Assembly (NCBI GenBank): GCA_965203055.1
Contig: OZ241863.1
Location: 224,001-288,000, forward strand
DNA: 64,000 bases
Direction: 5' to 3'
Source: Spirochaetia bacterium
GTDB lineage: Bacteria > Spirochaetota > Spirochaetia > SZUA-6 > Bin103
The position numbers and the translations under genes were made by a program. This document shows, piece after piece, positions 1-10,657 of this stretch. The notes under the pieces are model-generated. The model worked only from the letters and a program-made list of their open reading frames with translations. It was not told the DNA's origin and searched no databases. Every line of letters begins with the position of its first letter. The stretch's first letter is position 1.

Positions 1-1
1 G

Positions 2-952
2 AGCGCGGCGCTGCGCGAATCCGGCGCCGACCTGGTCATCGCGCTGGCGCACACCGACGCCGCCGAGGATCGGGCCTTGCTGGAGCAGGGCGCGGTGGAC
101 CTGCTGCTCAGCGGCGACGATCACCGGTTGCGGGTGGACTTCAGCGGCGGCGTGCTGTTCGCGGAATCGGGCGAGCAGGCCGACTGGGTCACCGTCATCG
201 ACCTGCTTCTCGACGAGACCGAGCAGCGTGGCGGCATGCGCTTCACCTGGAGCCCTGCCTTCCGCGTCATCAATACCGCCCGCGTCACGCCGGACCCGGC
301 GCTGGCCGCGGCTGCCCAGGTCTATCTCGACCGGCTGGCGGCAGACCTCGACGTGGCGGTCGGAACCACCGCCACCGAGCTCGACAGTCGCCGCGCCACG
401 ATCCGCGGGCGGGAGGCGGCGATCGGCAATCTGATCACGGACGCGGTGCGCGCGGCGACCGGCGCTGACGTGGCCATGACCAACGGCGGCGGGATCCGCG
501 GCAACAAGGTATATCCGCCCGGCACGGTGCTGACCGGACGCGACGTACTGAGCGAACTGCCGTTCGGCAACAAGACGGTGGTGTTGGAGCTTACCGGGCG
601 CGACCTCGCCGCCGCGCTGGAAAACGGCCTCAGCCGGATCGAGGAGGGAGACGGCCGCTTCCCGCATCTGTCCGGAATCGAGGTGCGGTACGACCCGCGC
701 CGGCCCGCCGGCGAACGGGTGCTCGGCGTCAGCCGCGCGGGATCGGCGCTCGATCCTGACGCCACCTACACCCTCGCCACCAACGACTACATGGCAAACG
801 GCGGCGACGGCTACGGCATGTTCGCCGACCGCAGGCGGCTGGTGGATGCCTATGCCGGAACGCTGATGACCACCCAGGTGATCGACTACCTCGCCGCGCG
901 CGGTTCCGTCGCCCCGGTGGTGGACGGCCGGCTCCGGTCGGTTGCCGACTAG
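2..952 (+). CDS. Bifunctional metallophosphatase/5'-nucleotidase, C-terminal part (5' end outside window)
   Basis: Motifs EAAIGNLITDA, NGGGIRG, LPFGN and TNDYMANGGDGY are typical of the 5'-nucleotidase C-terminal domain; the frame is open from the window start. Confidence 0.9.
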   Translation, partial: SAALRESGADLVIALAHTDAAEDRALLEQGAVDLLLSGDDHRLRVDFSGGVLFAESGEQADWVTVIDLLLDETEQRGGMRFTWSPAFRVINTARVTPDPALAAAAQVYLDRLAADLDVAVGTTATELDSRRATIRGREAAIGNLITDAVRAATGADVAMTNGGGIRGNKVYPPGTVLTGRDVLSELPFGNKTVVLELTGRDLAAALENGLSRIEEGDGRFPHLSGIEVRYDPRRPAGERVLGVSRAGSALDPDATYTLATNDYMANGGDGYGMFADRRRLVDAYAGTLMTTQVIDYLAARGSVAPVVDGRLRSVAD

Positions 953-982
953 CGCCCGGGGACTGAACGCCAGGCTGCGCCG

Positions 983-2707
983 ATGACCGAGCACAACCTG
1001 CTGGTCTTTCTGGTCCAGGTGCTGGTGCTGCTGGTGCTGGCCCGTAGCGCCGGCGAGCTGCTGCGCCACTTCGGGCAGGCGCCGATCGTCGGCGAGATTC
1101 TGGTCGGCGTGCTGCTCGGCCCGACGCTGCTGGGCCGGGCGCTGCCGGAGCTGCACGCCGCGCTGTTCCCGCCCGACACGGTGCAGCGCAGCATGCTGGA
1201 CGTCGTTTCCTGGTTCGGCGTCCTGTTCCTGCTCCTCGAAACCGGCTTGCACGTCGACGTCAGCGCCGCGTGGCGGGCGCGCGGTCCGGCGCTGCGCATC
1301 GGCATCATCGGGGTGCTGGTGCCGCTGCTGCTCGGCTCGGCGCTCTCCTTCCTGCTGCCCGACCGGGTCCTGGCAGACCCGGATCAGCGGCTCATCTTCG
1401 CGCTGTTCCTTGGCACCACCATGGCGATCAGCGCGATGGTGATCATCGCCCGCGTGCTGCACGACCTCGACCTGGTGAAGAGCGATCTGGGCTTGGTGAC
1501 GTTATGCGGCTACGCGGTGAACGACGTTCTGGCCTGGATGGTGTTCAGCGTGGTGCTGGGGATTGCCACCAGCGCGGCGGTCAATTTCGCGTCGATCGGC
1601 TTCCTGCTGTTGTTCACGCTGGTCTTTACGGTGTTCTCCCTGACCCTCGGCCTGCGCCTGGTCGACGCCGCGGTGTCACGCCTCGGTTCGCGCACGCACC
1701 AGCATCCGGGGGCGGTGCTCACCTTCGTGTGCTGCCTCGGGTTGGCGTGCGGGGCGCTGACTCAGTGGGTGGGATTGACGGCGCTGTTCGGGTTCTTCCT
1801 GGCCGGCATCATGGCCGGAGAAGCGCGCCACCTCACCGAACGCACCCGCGAAATCATCGGTCAGATGGTGCATTCCATCTTCGTCCCGCTCTACTTCGCC
1901 GGGCTCGCGCTGCACCTGGACTTCATCGCCAACTTCGACCTCGTGCTGGTGCTGTTCGTCACCGGCGTATCGATCGTGGCCAAGTTTCTGGGCGCCTGGC
2001 TGGGAGCCCTGGGCCGCGACATCTCGCCGCAGGACCGGGTGTCGATCGGCATCGCGTTTACGCCCAGCGGAGTCACCGGCATCGTGGTCGCCGGGGTGGC
2101 GCTGGAGTACCGCATCATTTCCACCCCGATCTTCGTCGCCATCGTCTGCTCGGCGGTCGCTTCGGCGCTGCTGGTGGCGCCCTGGCTGGGGTGGTCGATT
2201 CGGCGCCGGAAATCAATCGATCTGGCCCGGATTCTGGCGCGCGCCGCGATCCTGCCGGCGCTGCGCGCCGGCGACCGCTTCGCCGCCATCCGCGAGCTGT
2301 GCCGCGCCGCCGCCCCCGCCACGCGGCTGTCCGTTGCCGAGGTAACCGCCGCGGTCGATGCGCGCGAGCGGCTGATGGGCACCGCCATCGGCAAGGGCGT
2401 GGCCGTGCCGCACGCGCGCATCGAGGCGTTGCGCCGGCCGCTGGTGGCCTTCGGGCGGGCGCCGGCGGGGTTGGCGTGGGACGCGCCGGACGGCGAGCCG
2501 GTGAAATTCGTGTTCCTGGTACTGACGCCGGCGCGGCAGGAGGGCCTGCAACTGCAAATCCTCGCGGCGATCGGCCGTACCATGAGCGGCGACGGCGAGC
2601 AGGGGTTGGCCGGCGCGCCCGACGCCGCGGCCCTGTACCAGCGGCTGGCGGTCTCCCTGCGCCGTGACAGTCAGCCCGGTGGGGCGCCGGCAGCCGCGCG
2701 GGGTTGA
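983..2707 (+). CDS. Cation:proton antiporter (CPA2/Kef-like) fused to a C-terminal PTS EIIA(Fru/Ntr)-like domain
   Basis: Many hydrophobic helices with GQAPIVGEILVGVLLGP; C-terminal RERLMGTAIGKGVAVPHAR and WDAPDGEPVKFVFL are EIIA motifs. Confidence 0.88.
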   Translation: MTEHNLLVFLVQVLVLLVLARSAGELLRHFGQAPIVGEILVGVLLGPTLLGRALPELHAALFPPDTVQRSMLDVVSWFGVLFLLLETGLHVDVSAAWRARGPALRIGIIGVLVPLLLGSALSFLLPDRVLADPDQRLIFALFLGTTMAISAMVIIARVLHDLDLVKSDLGLVTLCGYAVNDVLAWMVFSVVLGIATSAAVNFASIGFLLLFTLVFTVFSLTLGLRLVDAAVSRLGSRTHQHPGAVLTFVCCLGLACGALTQWVGLTALFGFFLAGIMAGEARHLTERTREIIGQMVHSIFVPLYFAGLALHLDFIANFDLVLVLFVTGVSIVAKFLGAWLGALGRDISPQDRVSIGIAFTPSGVTGIVVAGVALEYRIISTPIFVAIVCSAVASALLVAPWLGWSIRRRKSIDLARILARAAILPALRAGDRFAAIRELCRAAAPATRLSVAEVTAAVDARERLMGTAIGKGVAVPHARIEALRRPLVAFGRAPAGLAWDAPDGEPVKFVFLVLTPARQEGLQLQILAAIGRTMSGDGEQGLAGAPDAAALYQRLAVSLRRDSQPGGAPAAARG

Positions 2708-2758
2708 CGCGCCTGCCGCGGGTGGCGTTAAGCTGCAGCCTGCACTGCAGGCTGCAGC
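2704..2758 (+). promoter_or_regulatory. Putative sigma70 promoter (TTGACG-N19-TAAGCT) overlapped by a perfect 13-1-13 palindrome (candidate operator)
   Basis: TTGACG at 2704-2709, TAAGCT at 2729-2734, GCTGCAGCCTGCA-C-TGCAGGCTGCAGC at 2732-2758, followed by the SD AGGAGG. Confidence 0.5.
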
Positions 2759-2773
2759 GCACAGGAGGAGGAG

Positions 2774-3031
2774 ATGCCCGCTTACGACTATCATTGCGAG
2801 GCCAATGGCCGCACCGTCGAGGTGAGCCACGCCATGACGACCATGCTGCGCACCTGGGGCGAGTTGTGCGACGCCGCCGATCTGGAAATGGGTGACACGC
2901 CGTCCGAAACCCCGCTGCAGCGCGTGTTTTCGGCGCCGCTGCTCGGCGGCAGCGCCAGTGCCGATGCCGCCGACGGCCCGGCGCCGGCGCCCAACGTCCC
3001 CTGCCATCCCACCGGCTGCGCCTGCTGCTGA
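2774..3031 (+). CDS. FmdB-family zinc-ribbon small protein
   Basis: Begins MPAYDYHC, ends with Cys-rich CHPTGCACC, strong SD upstream. Confidence 0.8.
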   Translation: MPAYDYHCEANGRTVEVSHAMTTMLRTWGELCDAADLEMGDTPSETPLQRVFSAPLLGGSASADAADGPAPAPNVPCHPTGCACC

Positions 3032-3062
3032 ACCGTTCCGTTCCCTCCGCCCGGAACATGAC

Positions 3063-4049
<987 letters not shown>

Positions 4050-4128
4050 GAACTTCGGAGCGCCGCCGCGGACCGCCGCGGGAGCTTGCGTTGCACCGCG
4101 CGCGCCGCGGCGGTATGGTGGGGACGCC

Positions 4129-5178
4129 ATGAAGTTGCAGCCGTTTCGCGTGTCCAATGACGCGTTGGGCGACCCGGTGGAGTTGCGCCGCCGCTTCGCC
4201 GATGAAGGGTACCTGTTCCTGCGCAGGTTTCAGGATGCGGACAAGCTCCGGCATCTCCGCCGCGACATCCTGGAGGCGATCCGCGCGGCGAGCGACTGGA
4301 TCGTTCCAGGGAGCGACCCGGAAGAGGGGCGGGTTGACCCCGACAAGGCGTGCACCGAGGGCAACCGCGAGTACTCCGGGGTGTACACGCAGGTCCAGAA
4401 GCTGCGCTCGATGCACGCCTCCGGCCACTGGCCCGAGGTCACGGACCTCGTGGGCGAGATCGTCGCCGGCCCGGTGCTGCCCCACCCGATGAAGATCACC
4501 CGCCTGTGGTTCCCGCAGTACACCGCGCACACCACGCCGTTCCATCAGGACTTCGTGCACTTCCAGAGCAACCTGGAGGTGATCACCGTGTGGACCCCGG
4601 TCGGCGACTGCCCGCTGGAACTGGGGCCGCTGGCGGTGGTCGAGGGCTCCCACAAGGTGGGCAAAGTGGTGGATCATCACTTCTCGCTCGGCGCCGGCGG
4701 CCAGAAGGTGATCCGGCCCGAGGAGCGCGGCATCCCGCGCTGCAGCGACTTCGAGATCGGCGACACCCTGGTGTTCGGCTGCCTCATGGTGCACGGCGCC
4801 CTGCCCAACTTCACCGAGGACCGGCTGCGCGTCTCCCTCGACAACCGCTACCAGCTCGACGGCCTGTCGGTCTCGCAGAACCAGCTCAAGCCGCACCTCG
4901 TCGAAGACCTCACCTGGGAGATGGTGTATGAGGACTGGCCCGCCGCCGACCCCTTGAAGTACTACTGGGAGAAGTCGCAGTTCGAGGTGCTCGACCAGGA
5001 CACGCGGTTCGGCGAGCGCGCCTTCGCCGAGGCGCTGGAGCTCGCCGAGCAGGGCGACGAGCATGCGATCGTCGCCCTGCAGCGCACGGTCGCCAACAAC
5101 GCCGCCGGCGAGGGGGTGGACAAGGCGCAGCGGGTCCTGGAGAAGATCGGCCTGTTGGAGACCGCGCCCGGCGCGTGA
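4129..5178 (+). CDS. Phytanoyl-CoA dioxygenase (PhyH) family Fe(II)/2-oxoglutarate oxygenase
   Basis: TPFHQD (HxD) motif, WTPVGD, GSHK and a distal HGA...R.S motif. Confidence 0.88.
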   Translation: MKLQPFRVSNDALGDPVELRRRFADEGYLFLRRFQDADKLRHLRRDILEAIRAASDWIVPGSDPEEGRVDPDKACTEGNREYSGVYTQVQKLRSMHASGHWPEVTDLVGEIVAGPVLPHPMKITRLWFPQYTAHTTPFHQDFVHFQSNLEVITVWTPVGDCPLELGPLAVVEGSHKVGKVVDHHFSLGAGGQKVIRPEERGIPRCSDFEIGDTLVFGCLMVHGALPNFTEDRLRVSLDNRYQLDGLSVSQNQLKPHLVEDLTWEMVYEDWPAADPLKYYWEKSQFEVLDQDTRFGERAFAEALELAEQGDEHAIVALQRTVANNAAGEGVDKAQRVLEKIGLLETAPGA

Positions 5179-6725
5179 GCAGCTCGCCGCCGCGGCCCAA
5201 CATCCTCTGGATCTGCACCGACCAGCAGCGTTACGACACGCTTGGCGCGCAGGGCAACGGGTACGTCTCCACGCCGCGGCTCGACGCGCTGTGGCGTTCG
5301 GGTACCGCGTTTACCCACGCCTACTGCCAGAGTCCGATCTGCACGCCGAGCCGGGCCAGCTTCCTGACCGGCACTTACCCCAGTACCTGCCACAACACGC
5401 GCAACGGCAACGACCGCTTCGTGGACCGCTTCCCGCTCGTCACCAGGCTGCTGGCCGACGCCGGCTACGACTGCGGGTTGATCGGCAAGCTGCATCTGGC
5501 CAGCGCCTACGGGCGCATCGAACCGCGCACCGACGACGGCTACCGCTACTGGCGCTACAGCCACGCGCCGCGCGATGACTGGCCGGTGGGCCACGACTAC
5601 GCCGACTGGGTGCGCGAGCGCGGCGCGCTGCTCGCCGAGTTGACGCGCGATCCCGCCGGCGTGCCGGCGGAGCTGCACCAGACTACCTGGTGCGCGGAGC
5701 GCGCGATCCAGTTCATGCGCGAGCAGCGCGCGCCGGATACCCCCTGGCTGGCGTGCGTGAACATCTACGATCCCCATCCGCCGTTCAATCCGCCGCAGCG
5801 CTACCGCGACCGTTACGACCCGGCGGCCATGCCGGGACCGCTGTTCCGCGCCGGCGACCTGGCGCAGCAACGGCGGCTGGAAGCGGTGGACTTCCAGTCC
5901 CAGGGACGGGCGCCGCACGAGCTGGACATCGCCAGTCCGGTGCTGCCGCATCCCCCGGGGCGGGAGTCGCGCGCGCGAGCCGCCGGCAGGTTCGCCGCGC
6001 CGGGGCCGTCCGGCGCTCCGGCGGCGGCTGACCCGGCGCCGGACCAGGCGCCCGCGCCGGCCCACGCCGAGGCGCGTGACGCGCGCACCCTGCAGGCGGC
6101 CTACTACGCCATGATCGAGCTGATCGACGACCAGGTGGGACGCATGCTGGACGCCCTGCGCGACTGCGGTCAGGAACGGGACACGCTGGTGCTGTTCACC
6201 AGCGACCACGGCGAGATGCTCGGCGATCACGGACTGATCCAGAAGGGTTGCCGCTTCTACGAGGGACTGGTGCGGGTGCCCCTGATCCTGGCGTGGCCGG
6301 AGACCATCCGCAGCGGCCTGGTCAGCGACGCGCTGGTGGAGCTCACCGACCTCGCGCCAACCCTGCTGGACGCCGCCGGAGCGGCGCTGCCGGACTGGAT
6401 GCAAGGCCGCTCCCTGCTGCCGCTGGCCAGCGGCGCCGCCGACCCGCATCACCATCGCGACGCGGTGCGGTGCGAGTACTTCGATGCCATTGACGCGCCT
6501 GACGCCACCCGCGCGACCATGTACCGCGGGCGGCGCTACAAGCTGGTGGCGTACCACGGTCACGGGCTGGGAGAGCTGTACGATCTGGAGCAGGATCCCG
6601 GCGAGTTCGACAACCTGTGGGACGACCCCGCGCATGCCGCGCTCAAGGCGGACCTGCTGCTGGAGAGCTACGCCGCGTCGATGCGCGCCGTGGACGTGGG
6701 CACCCGCCGCATCGGACCGATGTAA
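5175..6725 (+). CDS. Cys-type (formylglycine) sulfatase
   Basis: PNILWICTDQQR, CTPSRASFLTG, GKLH and TSDHGEMLGDHG; GTGA overlap with the upstream gene. Confidence 0.93.
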   Translation: MSSSPPRPNILWICTDQQRYDTLGAQGNGYVSTPRLDALWRSGTAFTHAYCQSPICTPSRASFLTGTYPSTCHNTRNGNDRFVDRFPLVTRLLADAGYDCGLIGKLHLASAYGRIEPRTDDGYRYWRYSHAPRDDWPVGHDYADWVRERGALLAELTRDPAGVPAELHQTTWCAERAIQFMREQRAPDTPWLACVNIYDPHPPFNPPQRYRDRYDPAAMPGPLFRAGDLAQQRRLEAVDFQSQGRAPHELDIASPVLPHPPGRESRARAAGRFAAPGPSGAPAAADPAPDQAPAPAHAEARDARTLQAAYYAMIELIDDQVGRMLDALRDCGQERDTLVLFTSDHGEMLGDHGLIQKGCRFYEGLVRVPLILAWPETIRSGLVSDALVELTDLAPTLLDAAGAALPDWMQGRSLLPLASGAADPHHHRDAVRCEYFDAIDAPDATRATMYRGRRYKLVAYHGHGLGELYDLEQDPGEFDNLWDDPAHAALKADLLLESYAASMRAVDVGTRRIGPM

Positions 6726-6734
6726 CGGTTCTCC

Positions 6735-7964
6735 GTGATCCACGCTCCCGCCGCGGCGCGGTGGCGGATGCTGGCGCTGGGCTGGGCGGCGTACTTCGTG
6801 TTTGGCATTGCCGCCACCTCGTTGGCGCCGCTGGTGCCGCCGGTGATGCGCGACCTGGACCTGTCCGGCTCGCAGATGGGGCTGGTGCTCGGCGGCTGGC
6901 AACTGGTCTACGTATTCACCGCCGTGCCGCTGGGCAGCGCGGTCGATCGCCTGGGCGTGCGGCGCTCGGTGACGCTGGCGCTGGTGGTGATCATCGCGTC
7001 GCTGGCGTTGCGCGCCGCGGCCACCTCGTTCGGGATGCTGTTCGCGGCCGTGGCGCTGTTCGGCGTTGGCGGCCCGGTGGTATCGATCGGCGTGCCGAAG
7101 ATCGTGGCGGAGTGGTTTCCGCCGCGCGAGCGCGGGCGCGCCGCGGGTTTCTACACCACCGGCCCGACCATCGGCGGCGTCATGGTGCTGGCCACCGCCG
7201 CCGGCCTGCTGCTGCCCCTGGCCGGCTCGTGGCGCTTGGTGGTGTTGATCTTCGCCGCGGCCGGGGCGGCCGGTTTGCTGGCGTGGACCCTGGGCTACCG
7301 TGACGCGGCGGCGCCGGGCCGGGCGGCGGGTCCGCGCCGCTCTTCCCCGACACGGGCACCGGCGCGCCGGCGCTGGCTGGCGCTGCTGCGCGACCGCAAC
7401 ATGCGCCTGCTGCTGGTGCTGGCCGGCGGCTCGTTCCTGGTGAATCACGGGCTGAACGCCTGGCAGCCCACGTTGCTGCAAGAGGCCGGCTTCGACTTGG
7501 CCGCGGCCGGCAGGTGGACCGCCGCCGGCACCCTGTGCGGTCTGGTCACCGCCTTCATCGTGCCGGGGCTGACCCGCGCCGGCGCCCGCCGCGGCGCCCT
7601 GATCATGCTGCTCCTGGCCGCGGCGGCCGGCGTGCTCGGCATGGCGCTGCTGCGCGCCGGCCCGCTGGCCGCGGCGGCGGTGGCCGCCGCCATGGCGCGC
7701 GCGCCGATGCTGCCCCTGACCATGCTGCTGCTGATGGAGCAGCCCGGCGTCGGCGCCCGCCACCTTGGCATCGGAGCCGGCCTGCTGTTCGCCGCCGCGG
7801 AGATCGGCGGCTTCGGCGGCCCGGCCCTCCTCGGCGTGATGCGCGACCTGACCGGCGGACTGGCTCCCGGCATGCTGGGCCTGGCGGCAGTGTCCCTGCT
7901 GCTGACCGCCGCCGTCCGCCAAGTACGCGACCCCGCCCCCACTCCACCGGCCGCTGATCCTTGA
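6735..7964 (+). CDS. MFS transporter
   Basis: About 12 TM segments, GSAVDRLGVRR motif A, EWFPPRERGRA. Confidence 0.9.
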   Translation: MIHAPAAARWRMLALGWAAYFVFGIAATSLAPLVPPVMRDLDLSGSQMGLVLGGWQLVYVFTAVPLGSAVDRLGVRRSVTLALVVIIASLALRAAATSFGMLFAAVALFGVGGPVVSIGVPKIVAEWFPPRERGRAAGFYTTGPTIGGVMVLATAAGLLLPLAGSWRLVVLIFAAAGAAGLLAWTLGYRDAAAPGRAAGPRRSSPTRAPARRRWLALLRDRNMRLLLVLAGGSFLVNHGLNAWQPTLLQEAGFDLAAAGRWTAAGTLCGLVTAFIVPGLTRAGARRGALIMLLLAAAAGVLGMALLRAGPLAAAAVAAAMARAPMLPLTMLLLMEQPGVGARHLGIGAGLLFAAAEIGGFGGPALLGVMRDLTGGLAPGMLGLAAVSLLLTAAVRQVRDPAPTPPAADP

Positions 7965-8083
7965 CGATGCGCCGATGGCGGAGTCAGCGCGGCGCAGCCT
8001 GCTCCAAGCCGCAGGCGGCTAGCGTCAGGCCGGTCTTGCTTCCCATCGGCCCAAGCCGTCTACAGCCGCCACACACATGCGCT

Positions 8084-8113
8084 TGACGTTTTATTGGAGA
8101 TTATGCTATCTTT
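8084..8113 (+). promoter_or_regulatory. Putative sigma70 promoter of the rloAB-like operon
   Basis: TTGACG-N18-TATCTT with an extended TG, in an AT-rich intergenic stretch. Confidence 0.45.
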
Positions 8114-8167
8114 CTACATTATCCGTTATTTCTTGACTGACCATATGCCGAGATAACAGGAATTCTC

Positions 8168-9415
8168 GTGTTATTGCGTTTCAGCGTCTCCAATCACCTT
8201 TCACTTCGAGATTCGCAGGAACTGCTGCTCACGACGTCATCACTGAAGGACAGGACCGAGGGCTTGATCGACTGCGCAGCCGCGCCGAGCGGATCGCTCT
8301 TGCCCGCCGTGGTAGTCTTCGGCGCCAACGCGTCGGGCAAGAGCAATCTCGTCCATGCGCTCAGGGCTATGCGGCGAATGGTCCTGTTCTCTCATACTCA
8401 CGGAGATGCGAGTGGCGGGGTGCCGCGCCATGCCTTCAGACTGGACGCCTCCTACTCCGACAAGCCAAGCCGCTTCGAGATTGATTTCGTCCATCAAGGC
8501 GTGCGCTATCACTATGGGTTCGAAGTGGACGACGCAGCATTCTTGTCGGAGTGGCTATACGCCATTCCCAAGTCACACCGCCGCCTCATGTTCGAACGTG
8601 AAGGTAACGATTTTCGCTTCGGGCGCGAGCTAAAGGGACGAAACAATACCATCGCAGAATTGACTAGATCGAATAGCTTGTATCTATCGGCCGCCACACA
8701 AAACAGCCATGAACAAATCTCAAGTCTGTACGACTACCTCAGAGATATGAGCTGTTATATGAACATTGGCACAAGTAATGAATATTGGGTGAGACACAAG
8801 GAAATAGATACCCGAGTGATTGAGTTTCTTGGAAGACTTGACACTGGAATATGTGATTACCGGCGTCGTGAAATTGATCTTACTGATGAATCAAGAGCGA
8901 CGCTTAGAGAAGTAATGGAGAGATTGACAAATGCTGCGGTAGACTTGACCTCGGGCAAGCAGGTCACCGTCGAACTTGCTCACCAGAGCAGAGACGGAGA
9001 GCCCGTCTACCTTGATTTTGGTATGGAAAGCTCGGGCACTCGGCGACTGCTGGTGATGTTGAGTCTAGCGTACCGTGCGCTCGACGCCGGAACGCCTCTA
9101 GTGATCGACGAACTCGACGTGAGTTTGCACACTCTGGCCGGGGCAGCGGTCCTGCAGTTGTTCAGCTCACCGGAGACGAATCCCAAAGGTGCGCAGCTTG
9201 TTGCAACGGTCCATGACACTAACCTGATGGGCTGGTCTGGACTGCGGCGCGATCAGATCTGGTTCACCGAAAAGGACGAGGACGGAGCGACGCTGCTCTA
9301 TCCGCTGACCGACATTCGGACGCGCCGGAGCGATGACCTGGAGAAGGGGTACCTGCAGGGCCGCTACGGCGCAGTACCCTTCGACGACCCGATTTCCGCA
9401 CTTGGCTCGAACTAG
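8168..9415 (+). CDS. RloA/AbiLi-like AAA(21) ATPase
   Basis: Walker A GANASGKSN, ESSGT signature, Walker B IDELDVSLH, QLVATVH, LRRDQIWFTEK and YLQGRYGAVP; lower GC than the flanks. Confidence 0.9.
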   Translation: MLLRFSVSNHLSLRDSQELLLTTSSLKDRTEGLIDCAAAPSGSLLPAVVVFGANASGKSNLVHALRAMRRMVLFSHTHGDASGGVPRHAFRLDASYSDKPSRFEIDFVHQGVRYHYGFEVDDAAFLSEWLYAIPKSHRRLMFEREGNDFRFGRELKGRNNTIAELTRSNSLYLSAATQNSHEQISSLYDYLRDMSCYMNIGTSNEYWVRHKEIDTRVIEFLGRLDTGICDYRRREIDLTDESRATLREVMERLTNAAVDLTSGKQVTVELAHQSRDGEPVYLDFGMESSGTRRLLVMLSLAYRALDAGTPLVIDELDVSLHTLAGAAVLQLFSSPETNPKGAQLVATVHDTNLMGWSGLRRDQIWFTEKDEDGATLLYPLTDIRTRRSDDLEKGYLQGRYGAVPFDDPISALGSN

Positions 9416-10058
9416 ACGCAAACGGGGCGTTCCTTCCCTCGGTCGGCGCAAAGCTCAGCAAGGATCGAAATGGCGATTCGTGTTGTACTGTGAAGGCAGT
9501 AATACGGAATCATCCTATTTCAACGCCTTCAAGGAAACCTGTAAGAACACGCTTATCGGAGTGGAGGTTATTCCCGCAGCGGGGGTTCCCTACACGATTG
9601 CGAACAAAGCTGTGGAACGAGTCCGATCTCAGCGGCTCGGTGGCCGCAGAAACTCGTTCGAAAAGAACCAGGTTTGGGCGGTATTCGACCGCGATGAGCA
9701 TCCTCAATTTGAGGATGCTGTCGCGCTGTGCAGAAGTAACGGTGTCTGTGTCGGTCGTTCCAATCCATGTTTCGAGCTGTGGCTGATCCTGCATGAAAGG
9801 GATCACAATAGGTATGAGACACGTCACCGAATGCAGTCGATACTCAGTAATCTACGCCCCGAGTATGACAAGAGGCGGGGGAAGACTCCTGATTGCGAAG
9901 AAATGATCAGCCGAGTTGAGGATGCCGAACAGCGCGCCGAGCAACTATTGCTCCGCCGCCAGGAGGAGGGCAAGCCATACGGTAATCCCTCCACTACGGT
10001 CGGCCGGCTTACGCGCGCGATACGAACTGCTGACAATCGCGTGCGGGCACGGACCTGA
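9402..10058 (+). CDS. RloB-family protein (AbiLii-like)
   Basis: VLYCEG...E..YF, VWAVFDRD, SNPCFELWLILH and NPSTTV motifs; TTG start at 9402 overlaps the ATPase stop. Confidence 0.9.
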   Translation: MARTRRKRGVPSLGRRKAQQGSKWRFVLYCEGSNTESSYFNAFKETCKNTLIGVEVIPAAGVPYTIANKAVERVRSQRLGGRRNSFEKNQVWAVFDRDEHPQFEDAVALCRSNGVCVGRSNPCFELWLILHERDHNRYETRHRMQSILSNLRPEYDKRRGKTPDCEEMISRVEDAEQRAEQLLLRRQEEGKPYGNPSTTVGRLTRAIRTADNRVRART

Positions 10059-10113
10059 CGCTACGGACTCCGCCGGTTAGCGTTCTCCGGGGCGTGTAGA
10101 GTGCTTAGCTAGC

Positions 10114-10494
10114 TTAGCCGACGGGCTCCAGCCATTCGGTGGCCTCGCCCAGGTTGATCGCCAGATGGGTCATGGGGCCGTCCACGGTCGCGCCGTGCCA
10201 ATGTTTCTCGCCGCCCTCGAAGCGGACGATGTCGCCGGCCGCGGCCACCACCGGCGGCTCGCCCCACACCTGCGCCGTGCAGCGCCCGGTCACGATGAAC
10301 AGCAGTTGCACGTCGCTATGGGTGTGCCAGTGGGTGGCGGCGCCGGCCGCGAACGACACGCGGTATACCCGGCCGCGGGCGGCAGGATCGGCAGCCAGGA
10401 AGCGCTGCAGGGTGGCGCCGCCCGTAAAGTGCTCCGTTTCCGCCAGCTCGACGGTGCGCCCGGCGGCGACAAGCAGTTCCATGCCGCGCAGCAT
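10114..10494 (-). CDS. Cupin-domain protein
   Basis: WHTHSDVQLL and GEKHWHGA cupin motifs, MTHLAI. Confidence 0.85.
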   Translation of the reverse strand: MLRGMELLVAAGRTVELAETEHFTGGATLQRFLAADPAARGRVYRVSFAAGAATHWHTHSDVQLLFIVTGRCTAQVWGEPPVVAAAGDIVRFEGGEKHWHGATVDGPMTHLAINLGEATEWLEPVG

Positions 10495-10527
10495 AGCAGA
10501 TCTGCCGCGCCGTCCGCAAGATCAACG

Positions 10528-10563
10528 TAGGTAAGTAGGTAGGTAGGTAGATAGGTAGGTAGG
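10528..10563 (+). repeat. (TAGG)9 tetranucleotide tandem array (7 perfect units, plus TAAG and TAGA)
   Basis: Read directly; abuts the IS-type inverted repeat that starts at 10564. Confidence 0.95.
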
Positions 10564-10657
10564 GGGCGCATTTCCAAATGTAGGTACGCGTCAGGCCGCT
10601 TGGCGGCCAAGCTCCGTCCTAGTCCCAGTGTAAGATGACGTTTCTCGGCGATCTTGA

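Noticed and set aside
5930..6075. Intein or mobile insertion in the first sulfatase
   Set aside because: Just a Pro/Ala-rich low-complexity loop; no intein termini, TIRs or TSD.
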